Made by a program: the position numbers and the translations under genes
Part shown: positions 7,304-18,600 of the stretch, one piece after another
How the letters are laid out: every line of letters starts with the position of its first letter
Position numbering within the stretch: position 1 is the first letter of the stretch
Notes under the pieces: generated by a model
Database searches by the model: none
Seen by the model: only the letters and a program-made list of their open reading frames with translations
Told to the model about the DNA's origin: nothing
Origin: a virus
Taxonomy: Duplodnaviria > Caudoviricetes
IMG/VR virus record: IMGVR_UViG_3300005573_000108
Location: 1-57,198 of that record
DNA length: 57,198 nt
Strand: one strand, 5' to 3'

Positions 7304-8115
7304 TCAGCGAAATTCACCAAAGCAGTTTGAACATGATCTTGCGATGTGGCGAACAATTCCGACGTCGGTATTTGGAGGGCGATATTATTCCGCCCTCGGT
7401 TGCCGCCGCGAGGGGCACTGGCGTCCACAAAGCCAGCCAAGTGAATTTGCGGAACAAAATCCGCACAAAAGAAGACCTGCCGCTGGCTGACCTTCTAGAT
7501 GCAGCTCGGGACGGGTATGTCAATGCGTTGAAAGAGGGGGTATATCTCCCGAAAGAAGACCAACCCTCAAAGAAAAGGATTCTTAACAATGGTTTGGAAG
7601 ACGCATTGAGATGCACCCGGGTATACAGAGAAAAGGTGGCCCCGAATCTAGATCCTAAGCTCGTAGAAGAACCGTTTCTCATTAACTTGAATTTGGAGTT
7701 GCCGCTTGCTGGGACCATCGACTTCGTGACCGTCAACAATGTGTTGGGAGATCTCAAGACTTCCGAACGCTCCTGGTCTTCTACCCGTGCGCAAGAAGAA
7801 ATCCAGCCGATCTTCTATTCGCTTGCGTACGAGCATCTTTACGGTACCCGACCACGATTCCTCTACTTTATCCTGTTGGCTAGGCGCGACAAGGATGGCG
7901 CGCCTAGCTCTGAAACCTGGCAGGTGGAGGATGTCGAAGTGTTAGACAAGCATTACGCAGCTTTGCTCGCAAAGATCAGTTTGATGATCCGCATGCTGCG
8001 AGCGGCTGTTTTTCCTCCGGCATTGCCGACTTCCTGGTGGTGCTCGGAGCGTTGGTGCGGATACTACACTACGTGTCCGTATGTCGGAAACGTTTTGCCC
8101 GGCAAGTGGGTATAA
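7300..8115 (+). CDS. PD-(D/E)XK exonuclease, Cas4/RecB/AddB-like
   Basis: S.LN...RC, RGTGVH, E.PF, GTID, DLKT, Q..FY motifs; 1+3 Cys pattern of an Fe-S staple (C...CSERWCGYYTTC); GTGA coupling. Confidence 0.85.
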   Translation: MISEIHQSSLNMILRCGEQFRRRYLEGDIIPPSVAAARGTGVHKASQVNLRNKIRTKEDLPLADLLDAARDGYVNALKEGVYLPKEDQPSKKRILNNGLEDALRCTRVYREKVAPNLDPKLVEEPFLINLNLELPLAGTIDFVTVNNVLGDLKTSERSWSSTRAQEEIQPIFYSLAYEHLYGTRPRFLYFILLARRDKDGAPSSETWQVEDVEVLDKHYAALLAKISLMIRMLRAAVFPPALPTSWWCSERWCGYYTTCPYVGNVLPGKWV

Positions 8116-8136
8116 ACCAAACAGGAGGAAGGAATC

Positions 8137-9534
8137 ATGGCAGAAGATGATCGTAAGAATTATTTGGACCCGGACGTCTTGGATGCCATCCAGCCCTACG
8201 AGGGCGCGAAGTTGGCCTCCGAGACAACGGCCATGATGGGGGTTGTGGGTGCTGGCGCGGCGTTGCAGCAGGTGAAAACCAGCTACACAACTGCTGTAGC
8301 TGTCCAGAAACCTCGTAGCCTTCCCAAAGTAGTTGCTGCTGTCCTGGAGGAGGCTACATTCGCCGGAAGCTCTTTCTATTACGGGTGGGTCGTGAAGAAC
8401 AAGAAAACAGGCCGCGAAAGCAAAATTGAGGGCGGGTCAATCGACCTCGCCATGGCCATGGCAAGAAATTACGGGAATGCGGCGATCGAGGTCGAAGTTA
8501 CCGAAACTCCTACTCATTATCTCTTCAAAGGGATTTTCGTCGATTTGGAAACCGGGTTCACGTGTCCACGGCTTTTCCGGCAACGGAAAGGTCAGAACAT
8601 CGGCATGGATGCCGACGCCGACCGGGCCGAGGACATTGTGTTCCAAATCGGGCAAAGCAAAGCAATCCGCAATGCGGTGCTCCGGGCAATGCCGGAATGG
8701 CTAGAAAAACAGGCGATTGAGGCCGCTAAGCGTGCAGAACTAAAGAAGATTCGTCCCGAGAATCTAGTTTTGAGTCGCGCTCAAATCTTGAACTTCTTTG
8801 CGCCTTGGGGCGTGACCCAAGATCGCATAGAGAACACCCTGGGCAAGAAAATCGAGACATGGGGACCGGAGGATATTGTCCAACTCCGTGGCATGGCAAC
8901 GGCATTGAAGGAAAGTCGAGTGTCTCCCACCGAGTTGTTCCCGCCGGTCGAAGAAGAACCCGCAAGCCAAGAACGAGAGCAGAAACAGCAGGAAACAGCT
9001 AGACTTCCTCAGCCGCGTGACGAAATGCCACCAGAGATGTCAGCACCTGCTGCGACGAGACGAAGGAAGTCATCCCGGCAGAAGCTGGAAGAAGAACAAG
9101 GCAAGCCAGCCACAACCATAGAGCCACAGCCACTTCCCGAAGAAGATGAGTGGGTTCCTCCAGAAGAAGAAGATCTGGCGGGAGAAGAATCCTACATAGT
9201 ACCGGAGCCCGAAGATCTTATCACCAAAACTCCTGCTCCACAGAGAGGCAGCCAGCGTTCTTCGTCAGCAACGCGACCAGTAGGAGGATCGCTCTTTGAT
9301 GATAGACCCAAGCCGGTAATGCCTGCATCGGCTCCTCCGTCACCTCGACGGAATGAGTTCGCCGAAGTCCAGGCGAGGATCGACGCACTGACTAAGGTGG
9401 ACGAAGAGCTGTATCGGAAAATTTGCAGGGAGATGAACATGTGGCCGATGTCAATCGCCGCCATCGAAAAAGTGGAAGCTGAGTTCAAAAAAAAGTTGCT
9501 CGAAAAGAAGAAGAGTAGCCCGGCGGAATTCTAG
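8137..9534 (+). CDS. Putative single-strand annealing/recombination protein with a long disordered acidic C-terminus
   Basis: Directly follows the exonuclease; conserved-looking core QKPR...IEGGSIDLA...ARNYGN...DLETG...SKAIRNA; function inferred from synteny. Confidence 0.5.
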   Translation: MAEDDRKNYLDPDVLDAIQPYEGAKLASETTAMMGVVGAGAALQQVKTSYTTAVAVQKPRSLPKVVAAVLEEATFAGSSFYYGWVVKNKKTGRESKIEGGSIDLAMAMARNYGNAAIEVEVTETPTHYLFKGIFVDLETGFTCPRLFRQRKGQNIGMDADADRAEDIVFQIGQSKAIRNAVLRAMPEWLEKQAIEAAKRAELKKIRPENLVLSRAQILNFFAPWGVTQDRIENTLGKKIETWGPEDIVQLRGMATALKESRVSPTELFPPVEEEPASQEREQKQQETARLPQPRDEMPPEMSAPAATRRRKSSRQKLEEEQGKPATTIEPQPLPEEDEWVPPEEEDLAGEESYIVPEPEDLITKTPAPQRGSQRSSSATRPVGGSLFDDRPKPVMPASAPPSPRRNEFAEVQARIDALTKVDEELYRKICREMNMWPMSIAAIEKVEAEFKKKLLEKKKSSPAEF

Positions 9535-9562
9535 CTGAGCAACAACGTTTTTCTCTTTTGAA

Positions 9563-9658
9563 GGCCGTCGGATTGCCCGGCTGGGGAGTACGCGCCTCCC
9601 CAGCCAGATGGGTTCCGGGGCGAAGAAGCCGGACGAAGACGGCCAGCGCGTGTTTTTT
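9563..9658 (+). terminator. Structured element or terminator between the convergent early and late operons
   Basis: 10-bp stem ggctggggag/ctccccagcc (9579-9605) inside a ggccgtc/gacggcc closing stem, followed by a T-tract. Confidence 0.55.
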
Positions 9659-12600
9659 ATTCCTGCGCTATAGCCAATTCTCTCTTGGTCGGCCTTGCCA
9701 TATCCAGAAGTTGTCTTCGCAAACTTTGTTTGGTGATTACCGGGACATAGTTGGTGTAGCCTCCTTGGACTACCTCTTCATTGTATCTGGCGATAGCATC
9801 CCACAGCTCATCAAGAGCAACGTCTTGGCCGGAGAGATACGCTCTGTACTCTTCGTACAGATCATTTCGACGCTCCGAAAAAGCTGAAGCTTGACGCTTC
9901 GCCTCCCATTGCCGCTCTTGCAACATCGCCCTCTCGGCTGAACGGAATCCCAACAACCTCAACACGGTAGCACCAGTACCCGGCAAGTACGGATAACCAT
10001 TCTCGTCCCAGACTCGATTGCCCGTCTTCGTGACAGCACCGTTCAGTTCCCGAATCGCACGGAAGATGTTCGCAACTCCCACCGGGAGCACGGTCTCGGC
10101 AACCCGTACGGGCTGTCCTGTCATCCAGTAGTGGTACGCATCGGCAATGTCGCCTGCCACGCCACCCAATGCGCCGGTCAGCTCACGCAGATTCTTGGGC
10201 ACGGCGGGGTCAAAAGCCAAAGAGCCAGAGATGTCAGCCCCTGCCGCCCCCACAAGGCCGTATCGGACAGTTTGCTCTCCATACGGCCCCAAGTTGTCCC
10301 GCACCTGGTCCCACCACCACTTTTCGGGATCCCGATCCGTGAAGGGGGCCAAGATGGCTTTCAGAATGGTCCAACCGATGACTGCGAACGGCGTACTCAT
10401 AGCGCCGCCTATGACAGCCTGGGAGCTCAACGCCCACGCGAAGGCTCTATAGTTTTTCTTTTTCAATCCCAAGTCGTACAGCATTTGGGAGTAATTGTGA
10501 CCAAATTTCATGTACACGTAATAAGCCTGCGAAACTCGCGCCAGGGGATTGGTCCCCTGCGCTATCGCTGGGAGAGTCGCCCTTCCATATATGCCATGTG
10601 CTTTTTCCATGCACTCCCGCGCCTTGTACGCGGCGCTGGCGTGATCTGCCCCCAGACGCCTGGCAACTCTGTAAGCTGCCAACATGGTTGCCCCACGGTT
10701 TAGCTGTTCCGTCTTGGAGAACAGGAAGAGAGCGCCATCGACGGCCATGCGGAAACGCCTGCCCAAAGCGCCTTGGATGGCCCCACTCGCATCCTGGATG
10801 TATTGCGGATTGTCCCATTGCCTCCGCTGTATGGCATCCAGGAGGGCCATTTCGTCATTAGTCAAACCCGTACGCTTTTTCTTGGTCATCCACCTGCCGT
10901 AATCCCGCAGGGCGACTGCCACTTCCTTGACAACTCTTGTAAAAGGCACCTTGCCGCCGCCGACGTACTCGTGGATGGAAGCCGGGACCGTGGTGGCCAT
11001 GGCAGTCAAGTTGACAAAAGGAGCCCGGACATTGGGAAGTCCGAGGTATTTCAAAGTGGCAATCGCTTTTGCCATGCCGATGAAGCGATCAACACCGTCC
11101 GAGTTCCGCAACTGTTCCGCGATATATCGTTGAGCCATCTGATAGGCTCGTGGCTCTTTGGCAGGATCAATGCCCCCGATCCGTTTGCCGTTTTCATCCC
11201 AACTCCCATTCAGAGTCACTATCATTTGGTAAGCCGCTTCTGACTTTGCGATACCTGCGGAAATGTTGCTGGTGTAGCGTACATATCGCTCAAGCGGATC
11301 TTCAATATAACCTTTGACCACCGGGCCTGGTCGCCTGCGAATTCGATGCGAACGATAGCCACGGGCCATAATCTCCCTGGCGACCTCTTCCAACAGATCC
11401 TTGCGGAAAGCAAGAAAGAGGTCGGGATCCTTCTTCTCCAGGCCCGCAGCAGCTCTGTCGATTAAGGCCTGGGTGTCCATAACTTTGATGTGTTCATAAA
11501 CTTCTTCCGGTAGCCGTCGGACTTCCTGTACTGCATCTACTTCCCAGCCTTCACGTTGGAGCCGAAGTCGCGTTCGTTCCGCAGCGAATCGGTTAGTCTC
11601 GTGATACCGTATCTCGTTTTTGCCCTTTGTGCCTTTTACTACCCATCCCCCCGCCCTAATGCGGGGAGCGTAGGTGCCCTTGAGCTTGCCCATTTCGGCC
11701 AGGACTTGTTTGAGTGTCAGAGATCTGCCTTGTCCTGTGACAAATTCCTTGATGTCCACAGCCTCCAACCGAGCTTGTAGCTTTTGTTTCAGCTTTGGCG
11801 GGAATTGCGACATCGCTACTTCAATGGCTTTTCCCCGTTTCGCTTTTTTTAAGACAGCTTTGAGATTCTCGGGGGCCAATTCCATGGCGATCCGATGCGC
11901 TTCCTTCTCTTTGAGCATGTCCAAAAGCTCGTTGAAAGGAGCCATCTGCAATTCCAAGGCTCTATCATAAGCAGCCCTGTGGGCTTTCCATACTGCTATT
12001 ACCTGGTCGCTCACCCCTTTTTTGCGCCAATACTCCTCCTGGGCATCCATGGCCTCCTCTGGGGTCATGGTCCCCTTGTTGAACTGCGTGTCGCCGTACT
12101 CCAACATATCCATTAACTGCTTGTATTCTTTACTCGTCTTGCCCATCAAGATTTCTTTTCGAGTGAGGCCTTTCGTTTTGAGCTGGTTAGTCGCCTCGGT
12201 AACAGAGTTGGTCTCCGTCCCAAGAGCGACAGTCCCCTCGTCTATCTCGCGGAAGATCTCCACCACACGATCCGTCCTTGCATGGGCGGCTCGGAAAACT
12301 CCGCGCAAGACTTCATGGTCCCACCACTCTGCAGTCCGTAACAACTGTTCGAGGAAAGAGCCTGTGGGCAGGTTAGACGGTAGATAAGACTTCAACGTTC
12401 TGGCCATCGTCACCAAGAATGCCTCTGCATCGGCCTGGATCCTAGCCGTTGCAACCTTGAGATGGTCGGGAGGCTGACTTTCTTCTTTTGGTTCTATTGG
12501 CTTGCGAACCGCATCGAAAGGATTGGTTCGGAGGGCGGCGAGCCGTTCCGTGAGCTTCGTTTGCTCCTCAGTCATAAGCTGGAAGCCGCCCGCACGGAGG

Positions 12601-15600
12601 AACTTTTGCGTCGTGACCTTTCGCTCGAATATCTCACCACTTTCAATCTTGCGGACGACACTTCTGGCCGTAGGCTGGCGAGTAAGTGCCGTAAGCAATC
12701 TATCTGCCCAATCGCTGATCTTCGTCAAGATCCTTCCAATAATGCCTTCGGGAAAGCGTCTCTCAAATAGCTTCTGAGCAATGTAGTTGGCTCTATCCTC
12801 AGATCCACCGATGGCTTTTGGGTTGAGTGTTTTGTACTTCCCTTCTCGATGAAGCTTGCGGATCTCGTTGCGCAAAGCAGCCACTTCGAGATCGTTTAGT
12901 AGTCCGATATCTTCCAGCCAATGGGTCACCTCGTGGCCGAGAACGATGATGGGATGCGACTTCGCTTGCTTCGACAATCTAATGGTGCCCGCCTTGTATG
13001 TTCCAGATATGATGGTGGTAGTCTTGTCGAATTTTTTACCATAAGCGATTTCGAAGCTGACATTAGAACTTGATATTTTTTCGACGGTGCGTATTTCAAC
13101 ATAGTCGCCATTCTTAGTCTGAACAACAATCGAACCGGCAGAGGTCCTGAAAACTTTCTGGCCCTTAAAAAACTGTTTGGCTTCATCAAGGCTGAGCATC
13201 TCTGCGACGGGCCGTGGTCCGCTGGTTTCCTCAGCCATTGGCTCTGCCTCGCCCTTGCCCCGCTCTTCCTCATTCAGGATCTCAATCACCGTGTCCGAGG
13301 GATCCATATCTGCCCGAGACGCGGCTAGTTCTTCTTCAGTGGGCTTTACGATAAACTCACTTACGTCAATGTCATAGATTAGCCTCCCGTCACGCACCTC
13401 AACCGTGTTGCCCCGCTCGGATCTCCATTGCCGTTCGGCTTCTGCCTGTCGGCGAACCAACTCTTCTGTAACCTGTTGTAGCCTCGCCTTTGCCTGGGAC
13501 AGTTCGTCGAGATCAAAAGTCTTGGCCATTTCTTGCTGCAATGCGCTGCGTTCTCGTTCTAGGCTCTGAATCGCCTCTTGGGCTTCAGCAATTCGTTTTT
13601 GAACGGACTCTCGGTAGTAGTTAATGTTTGAGGCAAGGCTGAAGGTGTCTGTGATCTGAGCTACAAACCCACTGTTCGCGTTGGTTTTCAAGATAACTTC
13701 GTATGTCTTATCAGATGGGTCGATCTTCAGATAAAGACTGGCAGTCTGCCCTTCAAGAGGGACAAATTTTTGAACCTCTTTCTGCTTTTCCACCTGCCTC
13801 GTCTTTTTGATTTCTTTGCCCTCAACCGTCTCTACATATGGTTCCTCTTCCAGATAGCTGACTTTCTCCGTCACTATTTGGCCGACTTCGCCAAACTTGT
13901 GTTCTAGCTTTGTGCCAGCCTTGAACAACTTGACAAGATCTCGAACAATCTTGTTGATTTCTGGACCGTGCTTCTCTATGGAGTAGAAGTCGCGTAGTTT
14001 GCTCTTCGTGCCAGCAGCTACGTCATGGCCAAGGAATTTGTCGGGGATCCTAACCGCTTTGATCTTATCTAAAATGTCAAGTGACTCACCGCCAAACTCT
14101 ATCTTTCTTTTCGCAGTCTCTATGTCCGCGTCTATTTCGTGATCGAGCCTTCGCTTTGCCTGGGCACGCTTTCTCAGAAACCACTGGTATTCGTTATCGA
14201 GTTGCCGCACCCTGGCCTCTAGGTCAATTTTCTCTTTGGCCAAGGGATCATTGGCGAGCAAGGCTACCATCTCCTCTGCCTGGATGGCCTCTTGGGAGAT
14301 GTCTTCCACCTCTCTCGGGACTGCTCCAGTGCTCAACACTTGGCTGAGCACACGCTCTTTCATGGCAATCTTGTCCCACATGAAGGCGTCTATGGTGCCC
14401 TCGGTACCATAATTGTATATCTCTATCTCTTTAATCCGGTTACCCCAGCGCCACCCTCTGCCGTTGCGCTGGGCGTAGTTGGAATAGTTCCAATCCACAT
14501 CTAGATGGTGGATGGCTGACACTCTTTGCTGGATGTTCAGGCCAATGCCCAAAAGCGGCGTACTACCGATGACCACTCGGACTTGGCCGTTGTTGATCCG
14601 GCGATGCAATCGTTTTACCTCATCTTCCTTCGTATACTCATGGACAATTGCTATCTGTTCCGCCGGGATACCTCCGGCAATCAGCTTGTCCCGCAAGTCA
14701 TGATAGACTGAGAACCCCGAGCCCTTCGGAGTGCCTCTGTCGGAGAAGACGAGTTGAACATGTTTCGCTTCCTCATAGTCTTCTCCAGTGGACCAATCGA
14801 TAGCTGGTCGTTTTTCTTTGTAGATTTCCAAGATTTTCTTAACTGCGTAGTTCGTCTTGGTGTCTTTGTAGTCGTGTTCATCCGGGAACAAAAGCCGGGG
14901 GTCCATTGCCATCAGACGAGCGTGAGTTGCAATTACAAGGATGTTGTCGGGCTTGTCGTTGTATTTGGCCTCGAGCGGGTTGAGCCTAACGGCCATAGCT
15001 CGCTGCTTGAGGATTTCTTGATATGCCTTCACAGCCGGATTTGGAGGAACAGTGACCGCAATCGGCTTTCCACCTTTGATCTCCGGTCTTTTGAGTTTCT
15101 TTCCAAGCGCCACAACGTCATCGAACTTGACTATGTCGAGCACCTGTCTCGTGAGATCCATAAGCTCAGGAAGGTTGATGAAACGCTGGAATCTCGTGGC
15201 TTCACGATAGCCCCCTCCCTCAATAGCCGGTTCCGTCTCCCGCGCGATTGTGCCAAAGGTATTCGCCCAGGCGTCGAACGCAGTCAGTCCCCTGTTTTCA
15301 AGTTCTGGGTACTGCAGGTACCTGGAAATTGTGTAGAGTTCCCCAACACTGTTCGTCAAAGGCGTACCTGATGCGAACAGCACGCCTCGACCGTAGCGAC
15401 CCAACAGGTATTGTGTCTTCGCAAAGAGGTCCATTGACCTGTGAGAACCAGTCGGGTTGATGCCTTTGACGTTTTTGAGATTCGTGAAAAATGCCAAGTT
15501 TTTGTAAGCATGGGCTTCATCTACTACCAGCATATCAATGCCGAGCTTGTCGAACGTCGGAACGTCGTCCCTTTCCATATCCAAATACCGTTGGAGTTGG

Positions 15601-18600
15601 GCTCTAAGCCTCAGCAAAGCCTTTTCGACGAGACGAAGTTGCTTGCCACCTCTCACGCCTGAATTCTTAGCCTGCGTTAAGTAGCTTTCAAGCTTCTCTG
15701 CTTCATTGCGAACAAACTCAGCTCGCATTTCAGGTGAAAGCGGGATCTTCGCAAAAGACTCCCGAGTGAGGACCACGGCGTCATATTGATCCGTCGCCAA
15801 CCGTCCTAGCGCCTGCTTGCGCTTGGCCTTGTCGCCGGGCACCTCAAGGTAGAGCACTCGTGCGCCGGGATAAAGCCTGCTAAATGCCGCACGTATATCG
15901 GGGACGGTTTTTTTCTCGACAACCATAACCGCACGTTTATGCAAGCGCAACCGTTTGCTTTCCATAATCGCAGCTATCATGGTATAAGTCTTGCCCGTCC
16001 CCACTTCATGGGCCAGGTATAAGCGACCGGAGCGCAGGTATCTGTAAACAGCAGCTTTCTGATGGGGCCTGAGTGAGATTAGCTCGTTGGGGACCTTTCC
16101 GGGGAACGCAAGATGCTCGCCGTTCCATTGCGCTGCCACAAATGTTCTGAATCGTTTATTGTATCGTTCGGCCTCCCCTCGGGCTATCTGGGTATTTTTC
16201 GATTTCAACAGCCAAGCACGGAATTCCTCCCTGATCCGTTGCATTCGCTGTATCGCCAGCTCTGTCGCAGCTCTATCTATCGCGGGCCTTGTGCCTGCGC
16301 CAGTTGACGGTTCTCGAACTACTGGCGTCTTTCCATTGAGAATCGCATCCAGTAGGTCAAAAAAGTCAAGCCGCCCACCAGATTCCCCGACCACTCCCCA
16401 CACATGAGTGGATTCATAGCTATTCCGAGCCATGTCTCGGTAATAGTTGGCATTGCGCCTGGTGTACCCGCTTGTGAAGTCAATGCTCCACGACCCCAGC
16501 GCCTCACACCTAGTGACACGCACGTTCTGCGCACCGGGGATCAAATCTTCGATAAAAGCCACAATTGTCTCCGGTGATAGGTAACTCGCTCCCAATTGCC
16601 ACCTGATCTCTTCCGGTGGCAAGGGGTCAGGCAAGACCGCCTGGAGCGCTTTCACGTTTCGCTCGAATGCCGGATCCAATTTGGCTGCTGCTTCTGCCAC
16701 CTGAAGCTTCGCGGCGACATCACCTGAGAGATATTCCTCTTTGGTGATCCAACCTCTTTGCGGGTCATCGAAGATCTTGTCGCCAAGTGCTTGAACAAGT
16801 CGATTCTGATCCATTCCAGCGAGCTGCGACATATAAGCGAGATCCACACGACCACGCCACCCCAAGGAGATCAGAAGCGCTTCGTCAGCGTCTTTGGCAG
16901 TGGTTGGAGGACTTGGTGCCAAAGTGTTTTCTGTAAAAATCGCGGCTAAGGATTCGACTTTGCCTGTGACCTCATCGTATTCTTCTAAACCAAGAAGCAA
17001 ATATGCATCTGGATCCTTTGCGAAAAGTCTTACGTTTTTCACGTTGTTAAGTGGGCCGTACTTTTTCACAAACGCATCGTAGAGTTTGCGAAGCTGAGCT
17101 CGCTCCGCAGAAATCGTAACTTCAGGTTGCCGTTCTCCTTGGAGTCGGAGAAGCTTATGAACCTGGTCACGGATTTGTACCATGCCCTTTACGCGGGCTT
17201 CTGCTTCTTTGCCCGTTCGGCCACCAGCGTCTTTGTAAAGAACGGGGGCACCGCTTTCATTCACGTAAACCTTGCCGTCTCTGATGAAATAGGCACCATC
17301 CCGGATCTCACCTTCTTTGACTATGCCCGCAAGGGGGTCAAAATCCATTTCCCTATCTTTCATGAATATCCCGGCGGGCAAGGTTTCCGCAATGCGCTCC
17401 AACTGTTCACCGATGTTGTCCAAAGACCCAATCGTGATTGTTCGATTTTGACCGGGATTGAATCCTATTTTGCCCAACACATGAGTTGACTTCTCGAAGA
17501 AATAATTATTGATACGCGCCTCGGCCTTGCCAGTTATCTCGGTGTGAAGCGTCCCGCTTTCATACACATAGGGTAGCCTTTCAGTCCTGGTCTGGATCCA
17601 ATCGGGGGTCGCTGGCAATTCAGGCAAATCAGTTCCTTTTTTCCTGAAAATTAACAAGTCCGCGCCAGCTTCTGCATCAGCGAAGATGCCATTGGGAAGT
17701 CGGATGGCGGCCACTAGGTCTGCCTTCCGACTGAACATTTCCCTGGCAGAAGTGTCCTGGGTGTCCATGGTGTAAGTCGAAGTCAACGTTACCAGAAGAC
17801 CGCCAGGCTTGAGCAAGTCCAAGCTTTTGTTGATGAAATAGTTATGAAGGTTAAGCTTGCCCCCTGGATTGTGTAGCGGATCGTAGGGTCCTATCTCGTG
17901 AAACGGCACGTTGCCTACGACCAGGTCATAGTATTCAAGCGGCATAGCCGCTTCCTCGAAAGGCGAATTCAATATCGTCCGGGTTTGATAAAGCTGGGCG
18001 GCTATCTTCGCCGTGACCGGATCAAGTTCGACACCCACGACAGATGAAAGATCTCGCATGGGTTCGGGCATCATTCCTATGATATGACCACTTCCAGCTG
18101 CTGGCTCAAGGACGCGACCTCCACGGAAGCCCAGCCGTTGAACCATATCCCACATCTGAGATATCACTTCAGGCGGCGTATAGTAGGCCGTCAGTGAACT
18201 CTCTCTTGCAGAAGACAACTCATCGGGAGTCAGGATGTTCCGAAGAACTTCCGATCTGTTTCTCCATTGCTCGGTTGGATAGTGGGCAAGGGCCGGGCCT
18301 AAACCACCCCAGCCTGAAAACTTCACGAGGATGGCCTGTTCCTCTTCCGTGGCAAGTCGATTCTCGGCTTCTAGCTTGCGTAGAATGCGAATCGCGGCAA
18401 GATTGTCTTGAAACCGTTTTGCAAGACTGCGTCCTTGGTCAATGTCTCCTTGCTTGATGGTGTAGTCTTTCCGTTGGGCCTTCTGGACATCTTTGAGGGC
18501 TTTTTCCCCTTCCGCATCTAGGCTTCCTCGAACATTTGGTCCAATTGGGGCATGACCAGTTCCTCCGCGAACAGTGGATTCACCCCCTGGCGCGATATCA

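Noticed and set aside
7300-8115. Cas4-like gene as evidence of a CRISPR-Cas system
   Set aside because: No cas1/cas2 and no repeat-spacer array seen; stand-alone Cas4-like nucleases are common phage recombination genes.
9563-9644. Hammerhead or HDV-like ribozyme
   Set aside because: The core would read CAGAUGG/GAAG rather than CUGAUGA/GAAA, and the nested topology does not fit HDV.
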